From a bacterium (GTDB lineage Bacteria > Desulfobacterota > DSWW01): a DNA stretch of 29,734 bases. The notes under the pieces are model-generated. The model did no database searches. It was not told the DNA's origin and saw only the letters and a list, made by a program, of their open reading frames with translations. This document shows, piece after piece, positions 19,375 through 27,806 of the stretch. The DNA lies in the NCBI GenBank assembly GCA_040756235.1, contig JBFLZG010000108.1:1-29734 (forward strand), written 5' to 3'. Made by a program: the position numbers and the translations under genes. The first letter of the stretch is position 1. Every line of letters starts with the position of its first letter.

Positions 19375-19857
19375 ATGAAGAGCAAGCTTTTTCTCGCAGT
19401 GATTTCGATGGTTGTGGCGGGGGCGATCGGTTGTGGCGCACCCCAGCCGCCGCTCCCGTGTACTCAGACCGCCTCCGATTGGCGGCAGCAGGTGGCGCAG
19501 GACCGGGGCATCCTGCTCGAGTACTGCGACGACCTCGGCATGGTGTGCGACGAGTCCGTGACGCTTGCCGATGAGTGCCCGACGTTCCTTGCAGACCTCG
19601 AAGAGTACTTCATCGAGGTCATCCTTCCGGTCGTGGCCGAGAAGCTCCCGGACCTGCCGTGGTACATCGACCCGGAGAAGATCATCGGCCTGTTGTTCCT
19701 GAAGTTGCAGGGGGTCTGCGGGGAGGCCGACGTCCTCGACCAGTTCGGCACGTGCCAGCCCCTCGGCCAGGAAGGAGATCCCTGCCTGGCCGACTCCGAG
19801 TGCCTCGAAGGTCTCTTGTGTGTTTCGGAAGTGTGCACCGCCAGTCCTCCGATCTGA
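19375..19857 (+). CDS. Cys-rich putative lipoprotein
   Basis: AGGAG RBS, signal peptide with lipobox AIG-C20, 10 further Cys including C-terminal 'C.PLG.EGDPC...SEC..GL.C....C'. Confidence 0.78.
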   Translation: MKSKLFLAVISMVVAGAIGCGAPQPPLPCTQTASDWRQQVAQDRGILLEYCDDLGMVCDESVTLADECPTFLADLEEYFIEVILPVVAEKLPDLPWYIDPEKIIGLLFLKLQGVCGEADVLDQFGTCQPLGQEGDPCLADSECLEGLLCVSEVCTASPPI

Positions 19858-19889
19858 TCTCGCTCCCGCCGTCTCCGATCCGTCAGGTC

Positions 19890-19931
19890 GGGCCATGTCC
19901 TCACCGCATGAGGACATGGCCCTTCTATATT
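19890..19931 (+). terminator. Putative intrinsic terminator
   Basis: Perfect 14-bp stem GGGCCATGTCCTCA/TGAGGACATGGCCC with a 5-nt loop, followed by TTCTATATT, 32 nt after the lipoprotein stop. Confidence 0.65.
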
Positions 19932-20111
19932 CGGCCTCGAGGATCGGACGTCGATCATCGCTCGCCACATCGGGAAGCCCTGCTGGGCAGGCTTTCCTTC
20001 GCGGCGCATCTTGCCTATCATCGTATAGACGCCCTCATCCTGCAGACGTTCGCCCGCGCGGGCGTTTGGGAAGGGCGAAGAACCAACTCTCCGTCGGGGA
20101 GGAACCAAATC

Positions 20112-20936
20112 GTGGGATTGCTTTCCGTGGACCAGAACAAGTGCGCCAGCGACGGAATCTGTTCGATGGTGTGTCCGACCGGCATCATTCGCCTCCAGGG
20201 GGAGCCCGGCCACCCGCAGATCGTCCCCGGAGGGGATCCGATGTGCATCGGCTGCGGGCATTGCGTGGCGGCCTGCCCTCACGGCGCCCTCGATCATGCC
20301 AGGGTGCCCCTGGCGAGCTGCCTGCCGATCGACCCGGGTCTCGCGATCCGGGAGAACCAGGCCGTTCAGTTCCTCCGCTCCCGAAGATCCATCCGCCTTT
20401 ATCGGGAAAAGCCGGTGGAGAGGGAAAAGATCCGCAGGCTGATCGAGATCGCCCGTTACGCGCCGACCGGGAGCAACTCGCAGATGGTCGCATGGGTCGT
20501 CTTCAGCGATCGGGCCCGCATCCGGGAGCTTTCCGCAAAGACGGTCGACTGGATGCGGCAGGCTCTGCGCGACGACCCGCAGGCGGTCTCGGTGGGCTAC
20601 CTGCCTCTGATCGTGGCCGCTTGGGATGCCGGCATCGACGCCGTGCTCAGGAACGCGCCGGTCCTGCTCGTCGCAACCGCGCCGGAAGAGGCCACCAACG
20701 GCCTGGTGGACCTGAGCCTGGCCCTGGCGTACCTGGAGCTTGCGGCTCCGACCCTCGGCCTGGGGACTTGCTGGGCGGGCGTGCTGCGGCGCGGCCTTCT
20801 CAGCTCGCCTGAGCTGCGGGAGGCCGCGGGCATCCCGCGAGGGCACCCTTATTATTATCCGATGATGATGGGCTACCCGAAGCTCTCCTATCACCGGCTG
20901 CCCGAGCGCAAGGCTCCCAAGGTACGCTGGCTATAA
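20112..20936 (+). CDS. Nitroreductase family protein with N-terminal 2x[4Fe-4S] ferredoxin domain
   Basis: GTG 20112 with GGGGAGG RBS. 'CASDGICSMVCP' and 'CIGCGHCVAACP', then 'RRSIR', 'APTGSNSQ', 'GLGTCWAG'. Confidence 0.9.
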   Translation: MGLLSVDQNKCASDGICSMVCPTGIIRLQGEPGHPQIVPGGDPMCIGCGHCVAACPHGALDHARVPLASCLPIDPGLAIRENQAVQFLRSRRSIRLYREKPVEREKIRRLIEIARYAPTGSNSQMVAWVVFSDRARIRELSAKTVDWMRQALRDDPQAVSVGYLPLIVAAWDAGIDAVLRNAPVLLVATAPEEATNGLVDLSLALAYLELAAPTLGLGTCWAGVLRRGLLSSPELREAAGIPRGHPYYYPMMMGYPKLSYHRLPERKAPKVRWL

Positions 20937-20987
20937 TCCAGTCCCTGTACCCCCGTGATTCCAGGTGGTGCTGTGGCACGCTGCCGG

Positions 20988-21024
20988 ATCCCGGCTCACA
21001 CGCGCTCCGCACATGAGCCGGGAT
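20988..21024. repeat. Hairpin / degenerate RPE-like half element between convergent genes
   Basis: Perfect 11-bp stem ATCCCGGCTCA/TGAGCCGGGAT. GGGATGACG ends recur near 6412 and 21134. Confidence 0.5.
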
Positions 21025-21153
21025 GACGAATTGCGATACGGCTGCGCAAGCGGGAATCGCCCTGCGCCAAGGAATCGCGGGGGAGGGGCGCAGGCAGGCA
21101 GCGCCCCAACAACGCCGGGTGGAATTGCGGGCCGGGGATGACGGCTCTGGGCC

Positions 21154-22023
21154 TCAGCCCTCGGGTGGAAGGCCTGCGCTCTCCCGCTTCGCCCGCTCCC
21201 GCTCTTCCATCCCCTTTTGGAGCATGGCGCGCATGGTCCGGAGCACGCGGCGGTGCAGCCGGCTCACCTTGGTCGGGTCTTCGGCGTCTTCGGGCCTGTA
21301 GCGGAAGCGGATGGGCTTGCCTATGTAGTGGGTGAGCTTCGCGGGCAGCGGCAGGGGCCCGAGCCCGATCGGCAGGGTGATGGGCAGGAGGGCGCCCTTG
21401 CCGAAGATCCGTTCCGAGACGCTGTAGCCGTCGAGCAGCAGATGATAGGTCTCGTCGATCCCGATGCACACCGCCGGCACGATCGGTGACCCGGTCCGAA
21501 TCGCCAGCCGCACGAAGCCCATCCTTCGCTTCCAGAGCAGCTTGTAGCGCTCCCGGCTCGACTTGAAGGCCTCGCGCGCGCCGCCCGGCATGATGTAGAC
21601 GATCTCGTCACGCTCGAGCAGGGCGCTGCCGGTCTCGTGGTCCGCAAGCACGATGCCCAAGTCGAGAAAGAATTGGCGGAGCAAAGGGATGCGGAAGATG
21701 CGGCGGTCCGTCAGCCCCTTGGGCCACCGGCCGTAGGCCTCATGGATGGCGTGCATGAGGAGCACCGCATCCACGGGCAAGATGCCGTGGTTCGAGACCA
21801 GCACGGCCCGGCCCATGGCCGGGACGTTTTCCAGGCCGTAGAGCTCGTAGCGGAAGTAGGCGCGGATGAGGGGGGCAAAGGCGTCCAGGAGCGTGAAGAG
21901 GTAATCGTTCCGGTAGTCCAGGCGAAACTCGTGCCCGGGCTTGTACTGGTCGTACTCGAGGATCGTGTTCAGGGCCTTGTTGGCGGCCCGCGAGATCTGC
22001 TGCTGCCAGTCCTTCACGGCCAT
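21154..22023 (-). CDS. Lysophospholipid/glycerolipid acyltransferase (PlsC/DGAT2/TMEM68-like)
   Basis: 'GLENVP', 'SNHGILPVD', 'PGGAREA', 'GFVRLAI..G.PIVP', 'IGKPI'. Confidence 0.87.
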   Translation of the reverse strand: MAVKDWQQQISRAANKALNTILEYDQYKPGHEFRLDYRNDYLFTLLDAFAPLIRAYFRYELYGLENVPAMGRAVLVSNHGILPVDAVLLMHAIHEAYGRWPKGLTDRRIFRIPLLRQFFLDLGIVLADHETGSALLERDEIVYIMPGGAREAFKSSRERYKLLWKRRMGFVRLAIRTGSPIVPAVCIGIDETYHLLLDGYSVSERIFGKGALLPITLPIGLGPLPLPAKLTHYIGKPIRFRYRPEDAEDPTKVSRLHRRVLRTMRAMLQKGMEERERAKRESAGLPPEG

Positions 22024-22091
22024 TGCCGGGCTCCGTCAGGTCGCTTGCGCGGACGCGGCTCGCGCTGATCGAAATCCGTGCCTCCCTCCAG

Positions 22092-22179
22092 ATTCCCTCC
22101 CCCGCTGCACGGGGAGAGGGGTCGGGGGGAAACAGTTCACCCCTCATCCTGACCTTCTCCCCTCGCCGAGGGGAGAAGG
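22092..22179. repeat. Double stem-loop repeat, family C, copy 2
   Basis: Inverted copy of 14461-14567. Confidence 0.88.
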
Positions 22180-22238
22180 TATGAAAAATCGCGTACCCTG
22201 CCGCGCAGTCATGGGATTCTATAGCAACCCGAAGGCTT

Positions 22239-25200
22239 CTACCAGTGCCCCTGCCGGATCCTCTTCCAGATGAAGATGGTAAGGAGCGGCGCTGCGACGA
22301 GCAGGAACAGGTTGGCCGCGCACGAGCCCGCGCCCGCAGGCCGGACGGTCGAGACTAGCCAGAGCCCCCCTGAGTCATCGTCATCATTTCTTTCTGCCTG
22401 GGCCTCCGACGGGGCGGGCGCCGCCTCGACCGCGACCACGCGAGACAGGTTGCCCGCCTCGTCCGCCGCCTGAATGCCGTAGTAGGCAAAACCGGGGTCC
22501 GCGACCGTCAGCGCGATCCCGGATCCGGCAGGCTCGGACTGGTCGTGGGAGGCGACCCGGGCCGCTCCGCTCCAGCTCGAGCTCGAGTCCAGGTCCTGCC
22601 CCGATCCGCGAATCTCGTACGCGGCCGCCGCGTCGCACAACCCGTCGTCCCCGGTGGCGCTCCACGACAGGCGGAGCTCGCCGCCCCCGGTCGTCTCGGC
22701 GCGCAAGTCGAGGGGCCGCGCCGGCGGCGTCACGTCGCGGTCGCGGGAGCCGGTGCGCCAGGCGTCGTGATGGAAGGTCCTCCACTGCCGGTTCGCCGCC
22801 TCGCAGGCCGCGCCCGCGGTCTCCCACACGTACAGGTCGCCCGAGCGGGTCGTGACCGCGACCTCGACCAGCCCGTCGCCGTCCACGTCTCCCACGGCCG
22901 GAGTGGACGTGACCCACTTGCCGGTGAACTTGGGCCAGCCCGCAGGCATGGTGCCCGAGGCGTCGTAGGCCCGGACCAGGAACCCCCCGCTCCCGGCCAG
23001 CACTTCAGGGCGGCCGTCCCCGTCCACGTCCGCCACCGAGGGGCTGGAGGCGAACTGGAGGTCGTCCATGTACACGGGAAACCCGGGCATCCATTTGCCG
23101 TCCCGCGCGGTCCAGGCGCTCAGGTGGTTTTCGTTCCCGATCTGCTCGGCCGGAAGCTGGACGTCGGCGAGCTTCTTGAAGCCGGCCGACGGGGCGATGC
23201 AGGCGATCGTTCCGTCACCCTCCAGGTCGGCCAGGATCGGCGACCCGAGCACCGGGATGCTGGGCACGTCCCGGTGGCCGGCCAGCAGCGGGCCGGTTTC
23301 CATCACGTTGTAATCGCCCGCCTCGTCCAGGCCATAGTACGAAGAGCCGTCTCCGTTGAGCAGATAGGCGGGGCCGATCGTCGAGAAGGCGGCGATCTCC
23401 GGGGACCCGTTTCCGTCCACGTCGGCCAGGACCGGCGAGCCTGGAGTCCCGCTCCCCACGAAGGGCAGCAGCTCGGGCTCGACCAGGGCGAGCCTGACCG
23501 GCCACCCCTCCACGAAGGGGCCGCCCGGATGGTTCGTCCCGTCATGGTGGAGAGCGTGGAGCCGTCCGTTGCCGCCGCCCAGGTCCAGTTTGCCCAGGAG
23601 GCCGATCAGGCCGCCGGACAGAGCCACGTTCATGCGCTCCCCGTACTGCTCGTTGGTCCCGAGGACGACCTCCGGATACCCGTCGCCGTCGATGTCCCCG
23701 ACCGCCGGGGTCGAGACGATCTCGCCCACGTCGTACCGGCACTCCGCGCATGACGTATGGGGCTCGATCCGGTGGGTGAGGTCGTCGGCGATCCGGAACC
23801 GGTCCTCGTCCGCCGCCAGGACCGGCCATCCGGGCACGAGCCCGCCGTCCGAGTCCCAGGCATAGACGTGGCTGTCCAGGGCCGAGCAGATGATCTCCGG
23901 CTTGCCGTCCCGGTCGAGGTCCTCGAGCACCGGAGCGGAGATGACGCCGGAGAGCCTCCGGTTGAACCGGTCCCGGGCGTCGATCTGCCCGGAGGAGGTG
24001 AAGCGCGGGTTGAGCGAGTAGGCGGGCTCCAGAGAGACCGGGAAGCCTTCCCGCGGGGCGCCGTCGTGCTCCCACACGTACACTTTGCCGTACAGGGAGG
24101 CGCACACGACCTCGAGGTCGCCGTCACGGTCCAGGTCGCCCACGGTGACACCCCCGAAGCCGACCGACTCCCGTATGTTCGCGTCCACCGCGCCGGAGCG
24201 GTAGGCGTGCGAGCCGGTGTAGCGATGCTCCAGGAGGTCGGTGGCCACCGGCCAGCCGCTCAGGGGGCTTCCGTCGGACTTGAGCGCGTGGACGACCCCG
24301 TCCGAGGCCGCCAGGACCAGGTCCTCCAGGTTGTCGCCGTCCAGGTCGGCCGTGATCGTGTGGGACTCGCCGCTCCCCCCGATCTTCACCGGGAAGCCTG
24401 CCTTGAGCTGAGGGTCGTGGTGGAGATAGACCGTCTTCCGGCTCTCTGCCTGGAGCCCTCCCGCGTCCGTGACGGCCAGCCTCAGGGTGAACGTGAAGTC
24501 GTTCGGGGCGGCCGGGCTGCGCGCGACCTCGCTCAGGAAGGAAGCCACTTCCCAGGTCGCGAGCAGTCCGTCGATCGGGTCCCGGAGGGTGCCGGACGAT
24601 TCGAAGATCGGGTGCCATTCCCAGGGAGCGGGCTGGATGCCCCGGCCGTACTCGACCCGGTAAGCGTACGCGCCCGTCCGGCGGGCGGCCGCGTAGCCGA
24701 GGATCGGCACCCGCGGGCTCCGGGCCGGATCGATGGTTTCGAACCAGAGGGGCGAGGTGATGTCCGCCTCGGGCGGTATGCTGAGATCGGCCACCAGGCC
24801 GACTGCTCGGGCCGCGTTGAGGCGGCCGTAGCCGAAATACGCGTCCCATCCGGGGCCGGAAGGAAAGCGGCGCGTCGGGAACAGAGGGAGCATGCTGAAG
24901 AGCTGCCCGCTGAAGTCGATATCATCCGCGCTCATCGTCAGGATCTGCTTGACCTCGTTTGCGGTCAGCGGCCGGTCCAGGTTGCCGCGCGCCACCTCGT
25001 TCAGCGCCGCCGAGACGACGAGCCCCGCGATCCCGGCGCCCCGGCCCGTGGCCTCGGAGGAGCACGACTCCGAAGAGACGGACGTGGCGATGTTGCCCCC
25101 GTAGTTGGTGCACCCGTTGAGATAGAGATAGGAGCGGGGCGTCTGCTCGGGGTGGTAGCGGGTGACCGAGTTCACGGTGATCGTGTGCTCGTGAGCGGCC

Positions 25201-26171
25201 GGCAGGTTCGCGTGCAGGCTGGACTCGTCGGCCGCGGACGCGATCACCGGGACGTTCCCGGCATACGCGTAGCGGAGCGCCGCCTGGGCCAGCACGGATC
25301 CGTTGAGGGTGCCGAGCGCCTCCTGGACCACGTCCGCCCCGCTGTCCACGGCGAAGATGACGCCCCTTCCGAAGGTCATGTCCTCGGCGATGAAGCTCAG
25401 CCCGACCCGGATGGGCAGGACGCGGCAGTTCGGGCAGGTGCCCGGAATCAGGCCCTGCCGGTCCGAGCGGGCTTCCGCGCACGAGTCCTTGGCCTCGCCG
25501 GTGCCGTGGCCGTAGCTCACGTCGTCGCGCGGGTCGTTGTCGTCGTCCACCAGGTCCCACCCGCAGATGTCGTCGACGTAGCCGTTGCCGTCCTCGTCGG
25601 CGCCGTTCGAGAATGCCAGGATGAGGTCCTCCGGGTCGCGGATGCCGTTGCCGTTCGAATCCGGGACCCTTTCATCCCCGGCATAGTCCTCCATGTTGAA
25701 CACGCCGTCGCCGTTTCGGTCATGCGGGTCGCCGCCCTCGGCAGGTCCGCCTTCCGGCGGCGGGAGCTCTCCGTCGTTCAGGTGAAACTTGTCGACGAGA
25801 TATCCGATCTCGGGGTCGTCCCAGAGGATGCCGGAGTCGAGCACGGCGATGACGACGTCCGGCCGCCCGGTCGTAGCCTCCCAGGCCCGCTCCACGCTCA
25901 TGCCGGTCACGCCGTAGAGCTCCCTGGGGTCGTTGTCGATCCTGGCGTCGCCGGTGCGCTCGGACGAGTACTTCCAGACGTCGGAGCCGCTGTAGTTGGC
26001 GGGGAGCGGGCCGTCCGGCGCGATGCGGCAGTACTGCTCGTACCTGCGGACGTCCACCCCCTGCGGTGGCGCGGGGTAGGGCATGTCGGCCCGGGCGAAG
26101 GAGCCGGGCCAGGCGGCGCAGAGGACCTGAAGCAGAAGAGGCGCGAGCAAAGCGAAGGACCGTTTTTTCAT
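22239..26171 (-). CDS. Secreted S8 (subtilisin-like) hydrolase with FG-GAP/DxDxDG repeats and C-terminal membrane anchor
   Basis: ATG 26171 with signal peptide (ARA). 'VIAVLDSG', 'GHGTG', 'SCSSEAT'. About 8 D[LVI]DGDG-type repeats, an Fn3-like 'LSWSATGDDG' segment, and a hydrophobic C-terminus followed by KRIR. Confidence 0.85.
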   Translation of the reverse strand: MKKRSFALLAPLLLQVLCAAWPGSFARADMPYPAPPQGVDVRRYEQYCRIAPDGPLPANYSGSDVWKYSSERTGDARIDNDPRELYGVTGMSVERAWEATTGRPDVVIAVLDSGILWDDPEIGYLVDKFHLNDGELPPPEGGPAEGGDPHDRNGDGVFNMEDYAGDERVPDSNGNGIRDPEDLILAFSNGADEDGNGYVDDICGWDLVDDDNDPRDDVSYGHGTGEAKDSCAEARSDRQGLIPGTCPNCRVLPIRVGLSFIAEDMTFGRGVIFAVDSGADVVQEALGTLNGSVLAQAALRYAYAGNVPVIASAADESSLHANLPAAHEHTITVNSVTRYHPEQTPRSYLYLNGCTNYGGNIATSVSSESCSSEATGRGAGIAGLVVSAALNEVARGNLDRPLTANEVKQILTMSADDIDFSGQLFSMLPLFPTRRFPSGPGWDAYFGYGRLNAARAVGLVADLSIPPEADITSPLWFETIDPARSPRVPILGYAAARRTGAYAYRVEYGRGIQPAPWEWHPIFESSGTLRDPIDGLLATWEVASFLSEVARSPAAPNDFTFTLRLAVTDAGGLQAESRKTVYLHHDPQLKAGFPVKIGGSGESHTITADLDGDNLEDLVLAASDGVVHALKSDGSPLSGWPVATDLLEHRYTGSHAYRSGAVDANIRESVGFGGVTVGDLDRDGDLEVVCASLYGKVYVWEHDGAPREGFPVSLEPAYSLNPRFTSSGQIDARDRFNRRLSGVISAPVLEDLDRDGKPEIICSALDSHVYAWDSDGGLVPGWPVLAADEDRFRIADDLTHRIEPHTSCAECRYDVGEIVSTPAVGDIDGDGYPEVVLGTNEQYGERMNVALSGGLIGLLGKLDLGGGNGRLHALHHDGTNHPGGPFVEGWPVRLALVEPELLPFVGSGTPGSPVLADVDGNGSPEIAAFSTIGPAYLLNGDGSSYYGLDEAGDYNVMETGPLLAGHRDVPSIPVLGSPILADLEGDGTIACIAPSAGFKKLADVQLPAEQIGNENHLSAWTARDGKWMPGFPVYMDDLQFASSPSVADVDGDGRPEVLAGSGGFLVRAYDASGTMPAGWPKFTGKWVTSTPAVGDVDGDGLVEVAVTTRSGDLYVWETAGAACEAANRQWRTFHHDAWRTGSRDRDVTPPARPLDLRAETTGGGELRLSWSATGDDGLCDAAAAYEIRGSGQDLDSSSSWSGAARVASHDQSEPAGSGIALTVADPGFAYYGIQAADEAGNLSRVVAVEAAPAPSEAQAERNDDDDSGGLWLVSTVRPAGAGSCAANLFLLVAAPLLTIFIWKRIRQGHW

Positions 26172-26337
26172 GCCGAAGTCTCCCATGGGACAACGGTTAG
26201 AAAGTCGGGTCTGTGCCCGCCGGCGGCGCTTGCCTGCCGCGCCCCCGCCGCGATCCGGAAGGCGAGCCGGTAGGGGCGTATGGCCATACGCCTCCACGTG
26301 CGTGTACCGAGCTCCCCCGAACGATGCGGCAGCCGCC

Positions 26338-27729
26338 TCAGCCCTGTCGCGCGCTCTTCAGGTGCTCGTAGAGGCGCAGGGCGGCGTCGGCCGCGAGCTC
26401 GCCGCCGATGCCGTGCACGCCGGTGTCCGCGCTGCAGTGGTAGAGGCCGCGGACCGAGGGGTCCACGATCGGGGGCCGCCCACTGCCGACCTGGTCCGGG
26501 GTCTGGGCCACGCCGATGACGTTGCCGCCTTCTCCGAAGAGGCGGTCGATGGTCTCCGGGCCCGTGGCTTCCACCCAGAGCACGTGCCGGTCGATCTCCG
26601 GATACACCCGGCGCAGCCCGTTCATGCACGACTCCTTCCACTGCTCCCGGTATTGCCGCATCCTCTCCAGGTCGGGCCAGCAGCCGACTCCGGCATACAG
26701 GATCTGTTTGCCTTCTGGCGCGGCCGTGGGGTCCATGTTGCTCACCACCGGGACCATGAGCGAGGGAGCGGTCTCGGGCAGCCGTCCCTCCAGGAGCCGT
26801 TCGCGTTCGTCGAGCACGTCGAAGTCGCGGATGTAGACGAGAAACCGGTCGTTCGTGATCGGCCGGTCGAGAGCGACCTTGATGGTGAAGGAGCAGTGGG
26901 CCCACTTGAGGCCTTCGATGCGCCGCAGGATCTCCGGCCGGTAGTGCTCCGGGCCCACCAGCTCCAGCACGGTCGTCTTCACGTCCGCATTGGAGACGAC
27001 GAGGTCGGCCTTGCGCACCGTGCCGTCCCCGAGCACCGCGCCGGCGGCGCGGCCGCTCTCGACCAGGATCTTCCTGACCCCCATCTTGCGGACGACCCGG
27101 CCCCCCGCCTTCTCGATGGCCCTGCAGTAGGCTTCCGGAACGGCGGCGGCGCCCCCTCTGGGGTAGCCGCTCGCCAGGTTCGCGTTGAGCTCGCGCTGGC
27201 AGTGGGCCCACTCGCCGGCCGGCGTCTGGTCCAGAGGCACGCAGAAGTACATTCCCGCGATGAAGGCGAAGATCGTCTCCGCGCGGCGGTCGCGGGTATA
27301 CCGTCCGAGGAGGCTCTTGAGGTCCTGTCGGTCGAGGCGCGCGAGCTCGGGCCCCTCCATGGTCATGATGTCCGCGAAGAGCCGGAAGAGCTTGCCCGTC
27401 TCCTCGGGTCCCAGGCCCATCTCGGCCATGCCCTTGGGGAAGCGGTACCTGCGGTCCCCGATGAAGTAGACCGGGGTCTTAGTGGAGATCCACTCGACGG
27501 ACTCGCCCACCTGGTCGAGAATCCTTCCGAGCGTCCCGCGCTGGGAGTTGCCGATCGCGTGGCACCCGATGTCGAGGCGGAACCCTTCCCGCTCGTAGCT
27601 CGCGAACCGGCCGCCGATCAAGGCGTTCCTCTCGTAGAGCTCCACCTCCATGCCGAGCCGGGCGGCCATGAGGGCGCCGGCGCCGCTGCCGCCGATCCCG
27701 CTTCCGATCACGATCGCTTTCGGGGCCAT
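26338..27729 (-). CDS. Phytoene desaturase (CrtI)/RetSat-like FAD-dependent oxidoreductase
   Basis: GGAGG RBS. N-terminal 'IVIGSGIGG', 'ERNALIGGR', 'GFRLDIG.H', 'YPRGG', 'VVSNAD', 'DPTAAPEGK'. Confidence 0.85.
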   Translation of the reverse strand: MAPKAIVIGSGIGGSGAGALMAARLGMEVELYERNALIGGRFASYEREGFRLDIGCHAIGNSQRGTLGRILDQVGESVEWISTKTPVYFIGDRRYRFPKGMAEMGLGPEETGKLFRLFADIMTMEGPELARLDRQDLKSLLGRYTRDRRAETIFAFIAGMYFCVPLDQTPAGEWAHCQRELNANLASGYPRGGAAAVPEAYCRAIEKAGGRVVRKMGVRKILVESGRAAGAVLGDGTVRKADLVVSNADVKTTVLELVGPEHYRPEILRRIEGLKWAHCSFTIKVALDRPITNDRFLVYIRDFDVLDERERLLEGRLPETAPSLMVPVVSNMDPTAAPEGKQILYAGVGCWPDLERMRQYREQWKESCMNGLRRVYPEIDRHVLWVEATGPETIDRLFGEGGNVIGVAQTPDQVGSGRPPIVDPSVRGLYHCSADTGVHGIGGELAADAALRLYEHLKSARQG

Positions 27730-27806
27730 GGCGCGACCTCCGCTTGTTGGCGTTCAGAGAGCCAGAAGCTGTCAGGCTGCCAAGCAGGATGAGGAGAGGC
27801 GGCGAT

